From: Eledone cirrhosa
Taxonomy: Eukaryota
NCBI GenBank assembly: GCA_964016885.1
Contig: OZ024741.1
Coordinates: 186,062,001 to 186,126,000, forward strand
Length of the DNA: 64,000 nt
Direction of reading: 5' to 3'
Shown: positions 15,001 to 30,000 of the stretch, one piece after another
How positions within the stretch are numbered: position 1 is the stretch's first letter
How the letters are laid out: every line of letters starts with the position of its first letter
The notes under the pieces: model-generated
Database searches by the model: none
Told to the model about the DNA's origin: nothing
Seen by the model: the letters and a program-made list of their open reading frames with translations, nothing else
Program-made: the position numbers and the translations under genes

Positions 15001-18000
15001 TGATTGTTATTTTATGTTGGAGGTAATGCTAGTGTTGTTTGTTATTTTATGTTGGAGGTAATGCTAGTGTTGTTTGTTATTTTTTGTTGTAGGTATTGCC
15101 TTGTTGTTTGTTATCTTGTGTTGTAGGTAATGCTAGTGTTGTTTGTTATTTTATGTTGGAGGTAATGCTAGTGTTGTTTGTTATTTAATGTTGGAGGTAA
15201 TGTTAGTGTTGTTTGTTATTTTATGTTGGAGTTAATGCTAGTGTTGTTTGTTATTTTTTGTTGTAGGTATTGCCTTGTTGTTTGTTATCTTGTGTTGTAG
15301 GTAATGCTAGTGTTGTTTGTTATTTTATGTTGGAGGTAATGCTAGTGTTGTTTGTTATTTTATGTTGGAGGTAATGCTAGTGTTGTTTGTTATTTTATGT
15401 TGGAGGTATTGCCTTGTTGTTTGTTATTTTGTGTTGGAGGTAATGTTAGTGTTGTTTGTTATTTTATGTTGGAGGTATTGCCTTGTTGTTTGTTATTTTG
15501 TGTTGGAGGTAATGTTAGTGTTGTTTGTTATTTTATGTTGGAGGTAATGCTAGTGTTGTTTGTTATTTTATGTTGGAGGTAATGCTAGTGTTGTTTGTTA
15601 TTTTATGTTGGAGGTAATGCTAGTGTTGTTTGTTATTTTATGTTGGAGGTAATGCTAGTGTTGTTTGTTATTTTGTGTTTGAGGTAATGTTAGTGTTGTT
15701 TGTTATTTTAAGTTGGAGGTAATGCTAGTGTTGTTTGTTTTTTGTTTGTTGGAGGTAATGCTAGTGTTGTTTGTTATTTCGTGTTGTAGGTATTGCATTG
15801 TTTTTGTTATTTTGTGTTGGAGGCAATGCTAGTGTTGTTTGTTATTTTATGTTGGAGGTATTGCCTTGTTGTCTGTTATTTTATGTTGGAGGTAATGCTA
15901 GTGTTGTTTGTTATTTTGTGTTGGAGGTAATGCTAGTGTTGTTTGTTATTTTTTGTTGTAGGTATTGCCTTGTTGTTTGTTATCTTGTGTTGTAGGTAAT
16001 GCTAGTGTTGTTTGTTATTTTATGTTGGAGGTAATGCTAGTGTTGTTTGTTATTTTATTTTGGAGGTATTACCTTGTTGTCTGTTATTTTGTGTTGGAGG
16101 TAATGTTAGTGTTGTTTGTTATTTTATGTTGGAGGTAATGCTAGTGTTGTTTGTTATTTTATGTTGGAGGTAATGCTAGTGTTGTTTGTTATTTTATGTT
16201 GGAGGTAATGCTACTGTTGTTTATTGTTATGTTGGCGGTAATGCTAGTGTTGTTTGTTATTTTATGTTGGAGGTAATGCTATGTTGTTTGTTATTTCATG
16301 TTGGAGGTAATGCTAGTGTTGTTTGTTATTTTATGTTGGAGGTAATGCTAGTGTTGTTTGTTATTTTATGTTGGAGGTAATGCTATGTTGTTTGTTATTT
16401 TATGTTGGAGGTATTCCCTTGTTGCTTGTTATTTCGTGTTGGAGGTAATGTTAGTGTTGTTTGTTATTTTATGTTGGAGGTGTTGTTTGTTGTTGCCAGT
16501 GTTGTTGCCAGTGTTGTTGCCAGTGTTGTTTGTTGTTTTTTGTTGTAGGTATTCCCTTGTAGTTTGTTATTTTATGTTGGAGGTAATGCTAGTGTTGTTT
16601 GTTATTTTATGTTGGAGGTAATGCTAGTGTTGTTTGTTATTTTATGTTGGAGGTAATGCTAGTGTTGTTTGTTATTTTATGTTGGAGGTAATGTTAGTGT
16701 TGTTTGTTATTTTATGTTGGAGGTATTGCCTTGTTGTTTGTTATTTTGTGTTGGAGGTAATGCTAGTGTTGTTTGTTATTTTATGTTGGAGGTAATGTTA
16801 GTGTTGTTTGTTATTTTATGTTGGAGGTATTGCCTTGTTGTTTGTTATTTTGTGTTGGAGGTAATGCTAGTGTTGTTTGTTATTTTATGTTGGAGGTATT
16901 GCCTTGTTGTTTGTTATTTTGTGTTGGAGGTAATGCTAGTGTTGTTTGTTATTTTGTGTTGGAGGTAATGTTAGTGTTGTTTGTTATTTTATGTTGGAAG
17001 TAATGTTAGTGTTGTTTGTTATTTTGTCGTGGAGGTAATGTTAGTGTTGTTTGTTATTTTGTGTTGGGGGTAATGTTAGTGTTGTTTGTTATTTTATGTT
17101 GGAGGTAATGCTAGTGTTATTTTTTATTTTGTGTTGGAGGTAATGATAGTGTTGTTTGTTATTTTATGTTGGAGGTAATGTTAGTGTTGTTTGTTATTTT
17201 GTGTTGGAGGTAATGATAGTGTTGTTTGTTATTTTATGTTGGAGGTAATGTTAGTGTTGTTTGTTATTTTGTGTTGGAGGTAATGATAGTGTTGTTTGTT
17301 ATTTTATGTTGGAGGTAATGCTAGTGTTGTTTGTTATTTTGTGTTGGAGGTAATGTTAGTGTTGTTTGTTATTTTATATTGGAGGTAATGCTAGAGTTGT
17401 TTGTTATTTTATGTTGGAGGTAATGCTAGTGTTGTTTTTTATTTTGTTTTGGAGGTAATGCCTTGTTGTTTGTTATTTTTTGTTTGCGGTAATGTTAGTG
17501 TTGTTTGTTATTTTGTGTTGTAGGTAATGCTAGTGTTGTTTGTTATTTTGTGTTGGAGGTAATGCTAGTGTTGTTTGTTGTTTTGTGTTGTAGGTAATGC
17601 TAGTGTTGTTTGTTATTTTGCGTTGGAGGTAATGTTAGTGTTGTTTGTTATTTTATGTTGGAGGTATTGCCTTGTTGTTTGTTATTTTGTGTTGGAGGTA
17701 ATGTTAGTGTTGTTTGTTATTTTATGTTGGAGGTATTGCCTTGTTGTTTGTTATTTTGTGTTGAAGGTAATGTTAGTGTTGTTTGTTATTTTATGTTGGA
17801 GGTAATGCTAGTGTTGTTTGTTATTTTATGTTGGAGGTAATGCTAGTGTTGTTTGTTATTTTATGTTGGAGGTAATGCTAGTGTTGTTTGTTATTTTATG
17901 TTAGAGGTAATGCTAGTGTTGTTTGTTATTTTGTGTTTGAGGTAATGTTAGTGTTGTTTGTTATTTTAAGTTGGAGGTAATGCTAGTGTTGTTTGTTTTT

Positions 18001-21000
18001 TGTTTGTTGGAGGTAATGCTAGTGTTGTTTGTTATTTCGTGTTGTAGGTATTGCATTGTTGTTTGTTATTTTGTGTTGGAGGCAATGCTAGTGTTGTTTG
18101 TTATTTTATGTTGGAGGTATTGCCTTGTTGTCTGTTATTTTATGTTGGCGGTAATGCTAGTGTTGTTTGTTATTTTGTGTTGGAGGTAATGCTAGTGTTG
18201 TTTGTTATTTTTTGTTGTAGGTATTGCCTTGTTGTTTGTTATCTTGTGTTGTAGGTAATGCTAGTGTTGTTTGTTATTTTATGTTGGAGGTAATGCTAGT
18301 GTTGTTTGTTATTTTATGTTGGAGGTATTACCTTGTTGTCTGTTATTTTGTGTTGGAGGTAATGTTAGTGTTGTTTGTTATTTTATGTTGGAGGTAATGC
18401 TAGTGTTGTTTGTTATTTTATGTTGGAGGTAATGCTAGTGTTGTTTGTTATTTTATGTTGGAGGTAATGCTACTGTTGTTTATTTGTTATGTTGGCGGTA
18501 ATGCTAGTGTTGTTTGTTATTTTATGTTGGAGGTAATGCTATGTTGTTTGTTATTTCATGTTGGAGGTAATGCTAGTGTTGTTTGTTATTTTATGTTGGA
18601 GGTAATGCTAGTGTTGTTTGTTATTTTATGTTGGAGGTAATGCTATGTTGTTTGTTATTTTATGTTGGAGGTATTCCCTTGTTGCTTGTTATTTCGTGTT
18701 GGAGGTAATGTTAGTGTTGGTTGTTATTTTATGTTGGAGGTGTTGTTTGTTGTTGCCAGTGTTGTTGCCAGTGTTGTTTGTTGTTTTTTGTTGTAGGTAT
18801 TCCCTTGTAGTTTGTTATTTTATGTTGGAGGTAATGCTAGTGTTGTTTGTTATTTTATGTTGGAGGTAATGCTAGTGTTGTTTGTTATTTTATGTTGGAG
18901 GTAATGCTAGTGTTGTTTGTTATTTTATGTTGGAGGTATTGCCTTGTTGTTTGTTATTTTGTGTTGGAGGTAATGCTAGTGTTGTTTGTTATTTTGTGTT
19001 GGAGGTATTGCCTTGTTGTTTGTTATTTTGTGTTGGAGGTATTGCCTTGTTGTTTGTTATTTTGTGTTGGAGGTAATGTTAGTGTTGTTTGTTATTTTAT
19101 GTTGGAGGTATTGCCTTGTTGTTTGTTATTTTGTGTTGGAGGTAATGTTAGTGTTGTTTGTTATTTTGTGGTGGAGGTAATGCCTTGTTGTTTGTTATTT
19201 TGTGTTGGAAGTAATGTTAGTGTTGTTTGTTATTTTGTCGTGGAGGTAATGTTAGTGTTGTTTGTTATTTTGTGTTGGAGGTAATGCTAGTGTTGTTTGT
19301 CATTTTATGTTGGAGGTAATGCTAGTGTTGTTTTTTATTTTGTGTTGGAGGTAATGATAGTGTTGTTTGTTATTTTATGTTGGAGGTAATGTTAGTGTTG
19401 TTTGTTATTTTGTGTTGGAGGTAATGATAGTGTTGTTTGTTATTTTATGTTGGAGGTAATGCTAGTGTTGTTTGTTATTTTGTGTTGGAGGTAATGTTAG
19501 TGTTGTTTGTTATTTTATATTGGAGGTAATGCTAGAGTTGTTTGTTATTTTATGTTGGAGGTAATGCTAGTGTTGTTTTTTATTTTGTTTTGGAGGTAAT
19601 GCCTTGTTGTTTGTTATTTCGTGTTTGAAGTAATGCTAGTGTTGTTTGTTATTTTTTGTTGTAGGTATTGCCTTGTTGTTTGTTATTTTATGTTGGAGGT
19701 AATGCTAGTGTTGTTTGTTATTTTATGTTGGAGGTAATGCTAGTGTTGTTTTTTATTTTATGTTGGAGGTAATGCTAGTGTTGTTTGTTATTTTATGTTG
19801 GAGGTAATGTTAGTGTTGTTTGTTATTTTATGTTGGAGGTAATGCTAGTGTTGTTTGTTATTTTATGTTGGCGGTAATGCTATGTTGTTTGTTATTTTAT
19901 GTTGGGTGTAATGCTAGTATTGTTTGTTATTATATGTTGGAGGTAATGCTAGTGTTGTTTGTTATTTTATGTTGGAGGTAATGCTAGTATTGTTTGTTAT
20001 TTTATGTTGGAGGTAATGCTAGTTTTGTTTGTTATTTTATGTTGGAGGTAATGCTAGTGTTGTTTGTTATTTTATGTTGCAGGTAATGCTACTGTTGTTT
20101 GTTATTTTATGTTGGGGGTAATGCTAGTGTTGCTGGTTATTTTATGTTGGATGTAATGCTAGTGTTTTTTGTTATTTTATGTTGGAGGTAATGCTAGTGT
20201 TGTTTGTTATTTTATGTTGGAGGTATTGCTAGTGTTGTTTGTTATTTTATGTTGGAGGTAATGCTATGTTGTTTGTTATTTTATGTTGGAGGTAATGCTA
20301 GTGTTGTTTGTTATTTTATGTTGGAGGTAATGCTAGTGTTGTTTGTTATTTTATGTTGGGGGTAATGCTAGTGTTGTTTGTTATTTTATGTTGGAGGTAA
20401 TGCTAGTGTTGTTTGTTATTTTATGTTGGAGGTAATGCTAGTGTTGTTTGTTATTTTGTGTTGGAGGTAATGCTAGTGTTGTTTGTTATTTTATGTTGGA
20501 GGTAATGCTAGTGTTGTTTGTTATGTTTTGTTGTAGGTATTGCTAGTGTTGTTTGTTATTTTATGTTGGAGGTATTGCGTTGTTGTTTGTTATTTTGTGT
20601 TGGAGGTATTCCCTTGTTGTTTGTTATTTCGTGTTGGAGGTAATGTTAGTGTTGTTTCTTATTTTATGTTGGAGGTATTGCCTTGTTGTTTGTTATTTCG
20701 TGTTTGAGGTAATGCTAGTGTTGTTTGTTATTTTTTGTTGTAGGTATTGCCTTGCTGTTTGTTATTTTATGTTGGAGGTAATGCTAGTGTTGTTTGTTAT
20801 TTTATGTTGGAGGTAATGCTAGTGTTGTTTGTTATTTTATGTTGGAGGTAATGTTAGTGTTGTTTGTTATTTTATGTTGGAGGTAATGCTAGTGTTGTTT
20901 GTTATTTTATGTTGGGGGTAATGCTATGTTGTTTGTTATTTTATGTTGGGTGTAATGCTAGTATTGTTTGTTATTATATGTTGGAGGTAATGCTAGTGTT

Positions 21001-24000
21001 GTTTGTTATTTTATGTTGGAGGTAATGCTAGTGTTGTTTGTTATTTTATGTTGGAGGTAATGCTAGTGTTGATTGTTATTTTATGTTGGAGGTAATGCTA
21101 GTGTTGTTTGTTATTTTATGTTGGAGGTAATTCTAGTGTTGTTTGTTATTTTTTGTTGTAGGTATTGCCTTGTTGTTTGTTATCTTGTGTTGTAGGTAAT
21201 GCTAGTGTTGTTTGTTATTTTATGTTGGAGGTAATGCTAGTGTTGTTTGTTATTTTATGTTGGAGGTAATGTTAGTGTTGTTTGTTATTTTATGTTGGAG
21301 TTAATGCTAGTGTTGTTTGTTATTTTTTGTTGTAGGTATTGCCTTGTTGTTTGTTATCTTGTGTTGTAGGTAATGCTAGTGTTGTTTGTTATTTTATGTT
21401 GGAGGTAATGCTAGTGTTGTTTGTTATTTTATGTTGGAGGTAATGCTAGTGTTGTTTGTTATTTTATGTTGGAGGTAATGTTAGTGTTGTTTGTTATTTT
21501 ATGTTGGAGGTAATGCTAGTGTTGTTTGTTATTTTATGTTGGGGGTAATGCTATGTTGTTTGTTATTTTATGTTGGGTGTAATGCTAGTATTGTTTGTTA
21601 TTATATGTTGGAGGTAATGCTAGTGTTGTTTGTTATTTTATGTTGGAGGTAATGCTAGTGTTGTTTGTTATTTTATGTTGGAGGTAATGCTAGTGTTGAT
21701 TGTTATTTTATGTTGGAGGTAATGCTAGTGTTGTTTGTTATTTTATGTTGGAGGTAATGCTAGTGTTGTTTGTTATTTTTTGTTGTAGGTATTGCCTTGT
21801 TGTTTGTTATCTTGTGTTGTAGGTAATGCTAGTGTTGTTTGTTATTTTATGTTGGAGGTAATGCTAGTGTTGTTTGTTATTTTATGTTGGAGGTAATGCT
21901 AGTGTTGTTTGTTATTTTATGTTGGAGGTATTGCCTTGTTGTTTGTTATTTTGTGTTGGAGGTAATGTTAGTGTTGTTTGTTATTTTATGTTGGAGGTAT
22001 TGCCTTGTTGTTTGTTATTTTGTGTTGGAGGTAATGTTAGTGTTGTTTGTTATTTTATGTTGGAGGTAATGCTAGTGTTGTTTGTTATTTTATGTTGGAG
22101 GTAATGCTAGTGTTGTTTGTTATTTTATGTTGGAGGTAATGCTAGTGTTGTTTGTTATTTTATGTTGGAGGTAATGCTAGTGTTGTTTGTTATTTTGTGT
22201 TTGAGGTAATGTTAGTGTTGTTTGTTATTTTAAGTTGGAGGTAATGCTAGTGTTGTTTGTTTTTTGTTTGTTGGAGGTAATGCTAGTGTTGTTTGTTATT
22301 TCGTGTTGTTTTGCATTGTTTTTGTTATTTTGTGTTGGAGGCAATGCTAGTGTTGTTTGTTATTTTATGTTGGAGGTATTGCCTTGTTGTCTGTTATTTT
22401 ATGTTGGAGGTAATGCTAGTGTTGTTTGTTATTTTGTGTTGGAGGTAATGCTAGTGTTGTTTGTTATTTTTTGTTGTAGGTATTGCCTTGTTGTTTGTTA
22501 TCTTGTGTTGTAGGTAATGCTAGTGTTGTTTGTTATTTTATGTTGGAGGTAATGCTAGTGTTGTTTGTTATTTTATTTTGGAGGTATTACCTTGTTGTCT
22601 GTTATTTTGTGTTGGAGGTAATGTTAGTGTTGTTTGTTATTTTATGTTGGAGGTAATGCTAGTGTTGTTTGTTATTTTATGTTGGAGGTAATGCTAGTGT
22701 TGTTTGTTATTTTATGTTGGAGGTAATGCTACTGTTGTTTATTGTTATGTTGGCGGTAATGCTAGTGTTGTTTGTTATTTTATGTTGGAGGTAATGCTAT
22801 GTTGTTTGTTATTTCATGTTGGAGGTAATGCTAGTGTTGTTTGTTATTTTATGTTGGAGGTAATGCTAGTGTTGTTTGTTATTTTATGTTGGAGGTAATG
22901 CTATGTTGTTTGTTATTTTATGTTGGAGGTATTCCCTTGTTGCTTGTTATTTCGTGTTGGAGGTAATGTTAGTGTTGTTTGTTATTTTATGTTGGAGGTG
23001 TTGTTTGTTGTTGCCAGTGTTGTTGCCAGTGTTGTTGCCAGTGTTGTTTGTTGTTTTTTGTTGTAGGTATTCCCTTGTAGTTTGTTATTTTATGTTGGAG
23101 GTAATGCTAGTGTTGTTTGTTATTTTATGTTGGAGGTAATGCTAGTGTTGTTTGTTATTTTATGTTGGAGGTATTGCCTTGTTGTTTGTTATTTTGTGTT
23201 GGAGGTAATGCTAGTGTTGTTTGTTATTTTGTGTTGGAGGTATTGCCTTGTTGTTTGTTATTTTGTGTTGGAGGTAATGTTAGTGTTGTTTGTTATTTTA
23301 TGTTGGAAGTAATGTTAGTGTTGTTTGTTATTTTGTCGTGGAGGTAATGTTAGTGTTGTTTGTTATTTTGTGTTGGGGGTAATGTTAGTGTTGTTTGTTA
23401 TTTTATGTTGGAGGTAATGCTAGTGTTATTTTTTATTTTGTGTTGGAGGTAATGATAGTGTTGTTTGTTATTTTATGTTGGAGGTAATGTTAGTGTTGTT
23501 TGTTATTTTGTGTTGGAGGTAATGATAGTGTTGTTTGTTATTTTATGTTGGAGGTAATGCTAGTGTTGTTTGTTATTTTGTGTTGGAGGTAATGTTAGTG
23601 TTGTTTGTTATTTTATATTGGAGGTAATGCTAGAGTTGTTTGTTATTTTATGTTGGAGGTAATGCTAGTGTTGTTTTTTATTTTGTTTTGGAGGTAATGC
23701 CTTGTTGTTTGTTATTTTTTGTTTGCGGTAATGTTAGTGTTGTTTGTTATTTTGTGTTGTAGGTAATGCTAGTGTTGTTTGTTATTTTGTGTTGGAGGTA
23801 ATGCTAGTGTTGTTTGTTGTTTTGTGTTGTAGGTAATGCTAGTGTTGTTTGTTATTTTGCGTTGGAGGTAATGTTAGTGTTGTTTGTTATTTTATGTTGG
23901 AGGTATTGCCTTGTTGTTTGTTATTTTGTGTTGGAGGTAATGTTAGTGTTGTTTGTTATTTTATGTTGGAGGTATTGCCTTGTTGTTTGTTATTTTGTGT

Positions 24001-27000
24001 TGAAGGTAATGTTAGTGTTGTTTGTTATTTTATGTTGGAGGTAATGCTAGTGTTGTTTGTTATTTTATGTTGGAGGTAATGCTAGTGTTGTTTGTTATTT
24101 TATGTTGGAGGTAATGCTAGTGTTGTTTGTTATTTTATGTTAGAGGTAATGCTAGTGTTGTTTGTTATTTTGTGTTTGAGGTAATGTTAGTGTTGTTTGT
24201 TATTTTAAGTTGGAGGTAATGCTAGTGTTGTTTGTTTTTTGTTTGTTGGAGGTAATGCTAGTGTTGTTTGTTATTTCGTGTTGTAGGTATTGCATTGTTG
24301 TTTGTTATTTTGTGTTGGAGGCAATGCTAGTGTTGTTTGTTATTTTATGTTGGAGGTATTGCCTTGTTGTCTGTTATTTTATGTTGGCGGTAATGCTAGT
24401 GTTGTTTGTTATTTTGTGTTGGAGGTAATGCTAGTGTTGTTTGTTGTTGCCAGTGTTGTTGCCAGTGTTGTTTGTTGTTTTCTGTTGTAGGTATTCCCTT
24501 GTAGTTTGTTATTTTATGTTGGAGGTAATGCTAGTGTTGTTTGTTATTTTATGTTGGAGGTAATGCTAGTGTTGTTTGTTATTTTATGTTGGAGGTAATG
24601 CTAGTGTTGTTTGTTATTTTATGTTGGAGGTATTGCCTTGTTGTTTGTTATTTTGTGTTGGAGGTAATGCTAGTGTTGTTTGTTATTTTGTGTTGGAGGT
24701 ATTGCCTTGTTGTTTGTTATTTTGTGTTGGAGGTAATGTTAGTGTTGTTTGTTATTTTATGTTGGAGGTATTGCCTTGTTGTTTGTTATTTTGTGTTGGA
24801 GGTAATGTTAGTGTTGTTTGTTATTTTGTGGTGGAGGTAATGCCTTGTTGTTTGTTATTTTGTGTTGGAAGTAATGTTAGTGTTGTTTGTTATTTTGTCG
24901 TGGAGGTAATGTTAGTGTTGTTTGTTATTTTGTGTTGGAGGTAATGCTAGTGTTGTTTGTCATTTTATGTTGGAGGTAATGCTAGTGTTGTTTTTTATTT
25001 TGTGTTGGAGGTAATGATAGTGTTGTTTGTTATTTTATGTTGGAGGTAATGTTAGTGTTGTTTGTTATTTTGTGTTGGAGGTAATGATAGTGTTGTTTGT
25101 TATTTTATGTTGGAGGTAATGCTAGTGTTGTTTGTTATTTTGTGTTGGAGGTAATGTTAGTGTTGTTTGTTATTTTATATTGGAGGTAATGCTAGAGTTG
25201 TTTGTTATTTTATGTTGGAGGTAATGCTAGTGTTGTTTTTTATTTTGTTTTGGAGGTAATGCCTTGTTGTTTGTTATTTTTTGTTTGCGGTAATGTTAGT
25301 GTTGTTTGTTATTTTGTGTTGTAGGTAATGCTAGTGTTGTTTGTTATTTTGTGTTGGAGGTAATGCTAGTGTTGTTTGTTGTTTTGTGTTGTAGGTAATG
25401 CTAGTGTTGTTTGTTATTTTGCGTTGGAGGTAATGTTAGTGTTGTTTGTTATTTTATGTTGGAGGTAATGCCTTGTTGTTTGTTATTTTGGGTTGGAGGT
25501 AATGCTATGTTGTTTGTCATTTTGTGTTGGAGGTAATGCTAGTGTTGTTTGTTTTTTGTTTGTTGGAGGTAATGCTAGTGTTGTTTGTTATTTTATGTTG
25601 GAGGTAATGCTATGTTGTTTGTTATTTTGTGTTGGAGGTAATGCTAGTGTTGTTTGTTATTTTGTGTTAGAGGTAATGCTAGTATTGTTTGTTATTTTGT
25701 GCTGAAGGTAATGTTAGTGTTGTTTGTTATTTTATTCTGGAGGTAATGCTAGTATTGTTTGTTATTTTGTGTTGGAGGTAATGTTAGTGTTGTTTGTTAT
25801 TTTATGTCGGAGGTATTGCGTTGTTGTTTGTTATTTTGTGTTGGAGGTAATGTTAGTGTTGTTTGTTATTTTATGTTGGAGGTAATGCTAGTGTTGTTTG
25901 TTTATTGTTTGTTGGAGGTAATGCTAGTGTTGTTTGTTTTCTGTTTGTTGGAGGTAATGCTAGTGCTGTTTGTTATTTCGTGTTGTAGGTATTGCCTTGT
26001 TGTTTGTTATTTTGTGTTGGAGGTATTGCCTTGTTGTTTGTTATTTTGTGTTGGAGGCAATGCAAGTGTTGTTTGTTATTTTATGTTAGAGGTAATGCTA
26101 GTGTTGTTTGTTATTTTATGTTGGAGGTAATGCTAGTGTTGTTTGTTATTTTATGTTGGAGGTAATGCTAGTGGTGTTTGTTATTTTATTTTGGAGGTAA
26201 TGCTAGTGTTGTTTGTTATTTTATGTTGGAGGTATTCCCTTGTTGTTTGTTATTTCGTGTTGGAGGTAATGTTAGTGTTGTTTGTTATTTTATGTTGGAG
26301 GTAATGCTAGTGTTGTTTGTTATTTTTTGTTGTAGGTATTGCTAGTGTTGTTTGTTATTTTATGTTGGAGGTATTGCCTTGTTGTTTGTTATTTTGTGTT
26401 GGAGGTATTCCCTTGTTGTTTGTTATTTCGTGTTGGAGGTAATGTTAGTGTTGTTTCTTATTTTATGTTGGAGGTATTGCCTTGTTGTTTGTTATTTCGT
26501 GTTTGAGGTAATGCTAGTGTTGTTTGTTATTTTTTGTTGTAGGTATTGCCTTGTTGTTTGTTATTTTATGTTGGAGGTAATGCTAGTGTTGTTTGTTATT
26601 TTATGTTGGAGGTAATGCTAGTGTTGTTTTTTATTTTATGTTGGAGGTAATGCTAGTGTTGTTTGTTATTTTATGTTGGAGGTAATGTTAGTGTTGTTTG
26701 TTATTTTATGTTGGAGGTAATGCTAGTGTTGTTTGTTATTTTATGTTGGGGGTAATGCTATGTTGTTTGTTATTTTATGTTGGGTGTAATGCTAGTATTG
26801 TTTGTTATTATATGTTGGAGGTAATGCTAGTGTTGTTTGTTATTTTATGTTGGAGGTAATGCTAGTATTGTTTGTTATTTTATGTTGGAGGTAATGCTAG
26901 TTTTGTTTGTTATTTTATGTTGGAGGTAATGCTAGTGTTGTTTGTTATTTTATGTTGCAGGTAATGCTACTGTTGTTTGTTATTTTATGTTGGGGGTAAT

Positions 27001-30000
27001 GCTAGTGTTGCTGGTTATTTTATGTTGGATGTAATGCTAGTGTTTTTTGTTATTTTATGTTGGAGGTAATGCTAGTGTTGTTTGTTATTTTATGTTGGAG
27101 GTATTGCTAGTGTTGTTTGTTATTTTATGTTGGAGGTAATGCTATGTTGTTTGTTATTTTATGTTGGAGGTAATGCTAGTGTTGTTTGTTATTTTATGTT
27201 GGAGGTAATGCTAGTGTTGTTTGTTATTTTATGTTGGGGGTAATGCTAGTGTTGTTTGTTATTTTATGTTGGAGGTAATGCTAGTGTTGTTTGTTATTTT
27301 ACGTTGGAGGTAATGCTAGTGTTGTTTGTTATTTTATGTTGGATGTAATGCTAGTGTTGTTTGTTATTTTATGTTGGAGGTAATGCTAGTGTTGTTTGTC
27401 ATTTTTTGTTGTAGGTATTGCTAGTGTTGTTTGTTATTTTATGTTGGAGGTATTGCGTTGTTGTTTGTTATTTTGTGTTGGAGGTATTCCCTTGTTGTTT
27501 GTTATTTCGTGTTGGAGGTAATGTTAGTGTTGTTTCTTATTTTATGTTGGAGGTATTGCCTTGTTGTTTGTTATTTCGTGTTTGAGGTAATGCTAGTGTT
27601 GTTTGTTATTTTATGTTGGAGGTAATGTTAGTGTTGTTTGTTATTTTATGTTGGAGGTAATGCTAGTGTTGTTTGTTATTTTATGTTGGGTGTAATGCTA
27701 TGTTGTTTGTTATTTTATGTTGGGTGTAATGCTAGTATTGTTTGTTATTATATGTTGGAGGTAATGCTAGTGTTGTTTGTTATTTTATGTTGGAGGTAAT
27801 GCTAGTATTGTTTGTTATTTTATGTTGGAGGTAATGCTAGTTTTGTTTGTTATTTTATGTTGGAGGTAATGCTAGTGTTGTTTGTTATTTTATGTTGCAG
27901 GTAATGCTACTGTTGTTTGTTATTTTTGGTTGGGGGTAATGCTAGTGTTGCTGGTTATTTTATGTTGGATGTAATGCTAGTGTTTTTTGTTATTTTATGT
28001 TGGAGGTAATGCTAGTGTTGTTTGTTATTTTATGTTGGAGGTATTGCTAGTGTTGTTTGTTATTTTATGTTGGAGGTAATGCTATGTTGTTTGTTATTTT
28101 ATGTTGGAGGTAATGCTAGTGTTGTTTGTTATTTTATGTTGGAGGTAATGCTAGTGTTGTTTGTTATTTTATGTTGGGGGTAATGCTATGTTGTTTGTTA
28201 TTTTATGTTGGAGGTAATGCTAGTGTTGTTTGTTATTTTATGTTGGAGGTAATGCTAGTGTTGTTTGTTATTTTATGTTGGGGGTAATGCTAGTGTTGTT
28301 TGTTATTTTATGTTGGAGGTAATGCTAGTGTTGTTTGTTATTTTATGTTGGAGGTAATGCTAGTGTTGTTTGTTATTTTATGTTGGAGGTAATGCTAGTG
28401 TTGTTTGTTATTTTATGTTCGAGGTAATGCTAGTTTTGTTTGTTATTTTATGTTGGAGGTAATGCTAGTGTTGTTTGTTATTTTATGTTGGAGGTAATGC
28501 TAGTGTTGTTTGTTATTTTATGTTGGAGGTAATGCTATGTTGTTTGTTATTTTATGTTGGAGGTATTCCCTTGTTGCTTGTTATTTCGTGTTGGAGGTAA
28601 TGTTAGTGTTGTTTGTTATTTTATGTTGGAGGTGTTGTTTGTTGTTGCCAGTGTTGTTGCCAGTGTTGTTGCCAGTGTTGTTTGTTGTTTTTTGTTGTAG
28701 GTATTCCCTTGTAGTTTGTTATTTTATGTTGGAGGTAATGCTAGTGTTGTTTGTTATTTTATGTTGGAGGTAATGCTAGTGTTGTTTGTTATTTTATGTT
28801 GGAGGTAATGCTAGTGTTGTTTGTTATTTTATGTTGGAGGTATTGCCTTGTTGTTTGTTATTTTGTGTTGGAGGTAATGCTAGTGTTGTTTGTTATTTTG
28901 TGTTGGAGGTATTGCCTTGTTGTTTGTTATTTTGTGTTGGAGGTAATGTTAGTGTTGTTTGTTATTTTATGTTGGAAGTAATGTTAGTGTTGTTTGTTAT
29001 TTTGTCGTGGAGGTAATGTTAGTGTTGTTTGTTATTTTGTGTTGGGGGTAATGTTAGTGTTGTTTGTTATTTTATGTTGGAGGTAATGCTAGTGTTATTT
29101 TTTATTTTGTGTTGGAGGTAATGATAGTGTTGTTTGTTATTTTATGTTGGAGGTAATGTTAGTGTTGTTTGTTATTTTGTGTTGGAGGTAATGATAGTGT
29201 TGTTTGTTATTTTATGTTGGAGGTAATGCTAGTGTTGTTTGTTATTTTGTGTTGGAGGTAATGTTAGTGTTGTTTGTTATTTTATATTGGAGGTAATGCT
29301 AGAGTTGTTTGTTATTTTATGTTGGAGGTAATGCTAGTGTTGTTTTTTATTTTGTTTTGGAGGTAATGCCTTGTTGTTTGTTATTTTTTGTTTGCGGTAA
29401 TGTTAGTGTTGTTTGTTATTTTGTGTTGTAGGTAATGCTAGTGTTGTTTGTTATTTTGTGTTGGAGGTAATGCTAGTGTTGTTTGTTGTTTTGTGTTGTA
29501 GGTAATGCTAGTGTTGTTTGTTATTTTGCGTTGGAGGTAATGTTAGTGTTGTTTGTTATTTTATGTTGGAGGTATTGCCTTGTTGTTTGTTATTTTGTGT
29601 TGGAGGTATTCCCTTGTTGTTTGTTATTTCGTGTTGGAGGTAATGTTAGTGTTGTTTCTTATTTTATGTTGGAGGTATTGCCTTGTTGTTTGTTATTTCG
29701 TGTTTGAGGTAATGCTAGTGTTGTTTGTTATTTTTTGTTGTAGGTATTGCCTTGTTGTTTGTTATTTTATGTTGGAGGTAATGCTAGTGTTGTTTGTTAT
29801 TTTATGTTGGAGGTAATGCTAGTGTTGTTTTTTATTTTATGTTGGAGGTAATGCTAGTGTTGTTTGTTATTTTATGTTGGAGGTAATGTTAGTGTTGTTT
29901 GTTATTTTATGTTGGAGGTAATGCTAGTGTTGTTTGTTATTTTATGTTGGGGGTAATGCTATGTTGTTTGTTATTTTATGTTGGGTGTAATGCTAGTATT

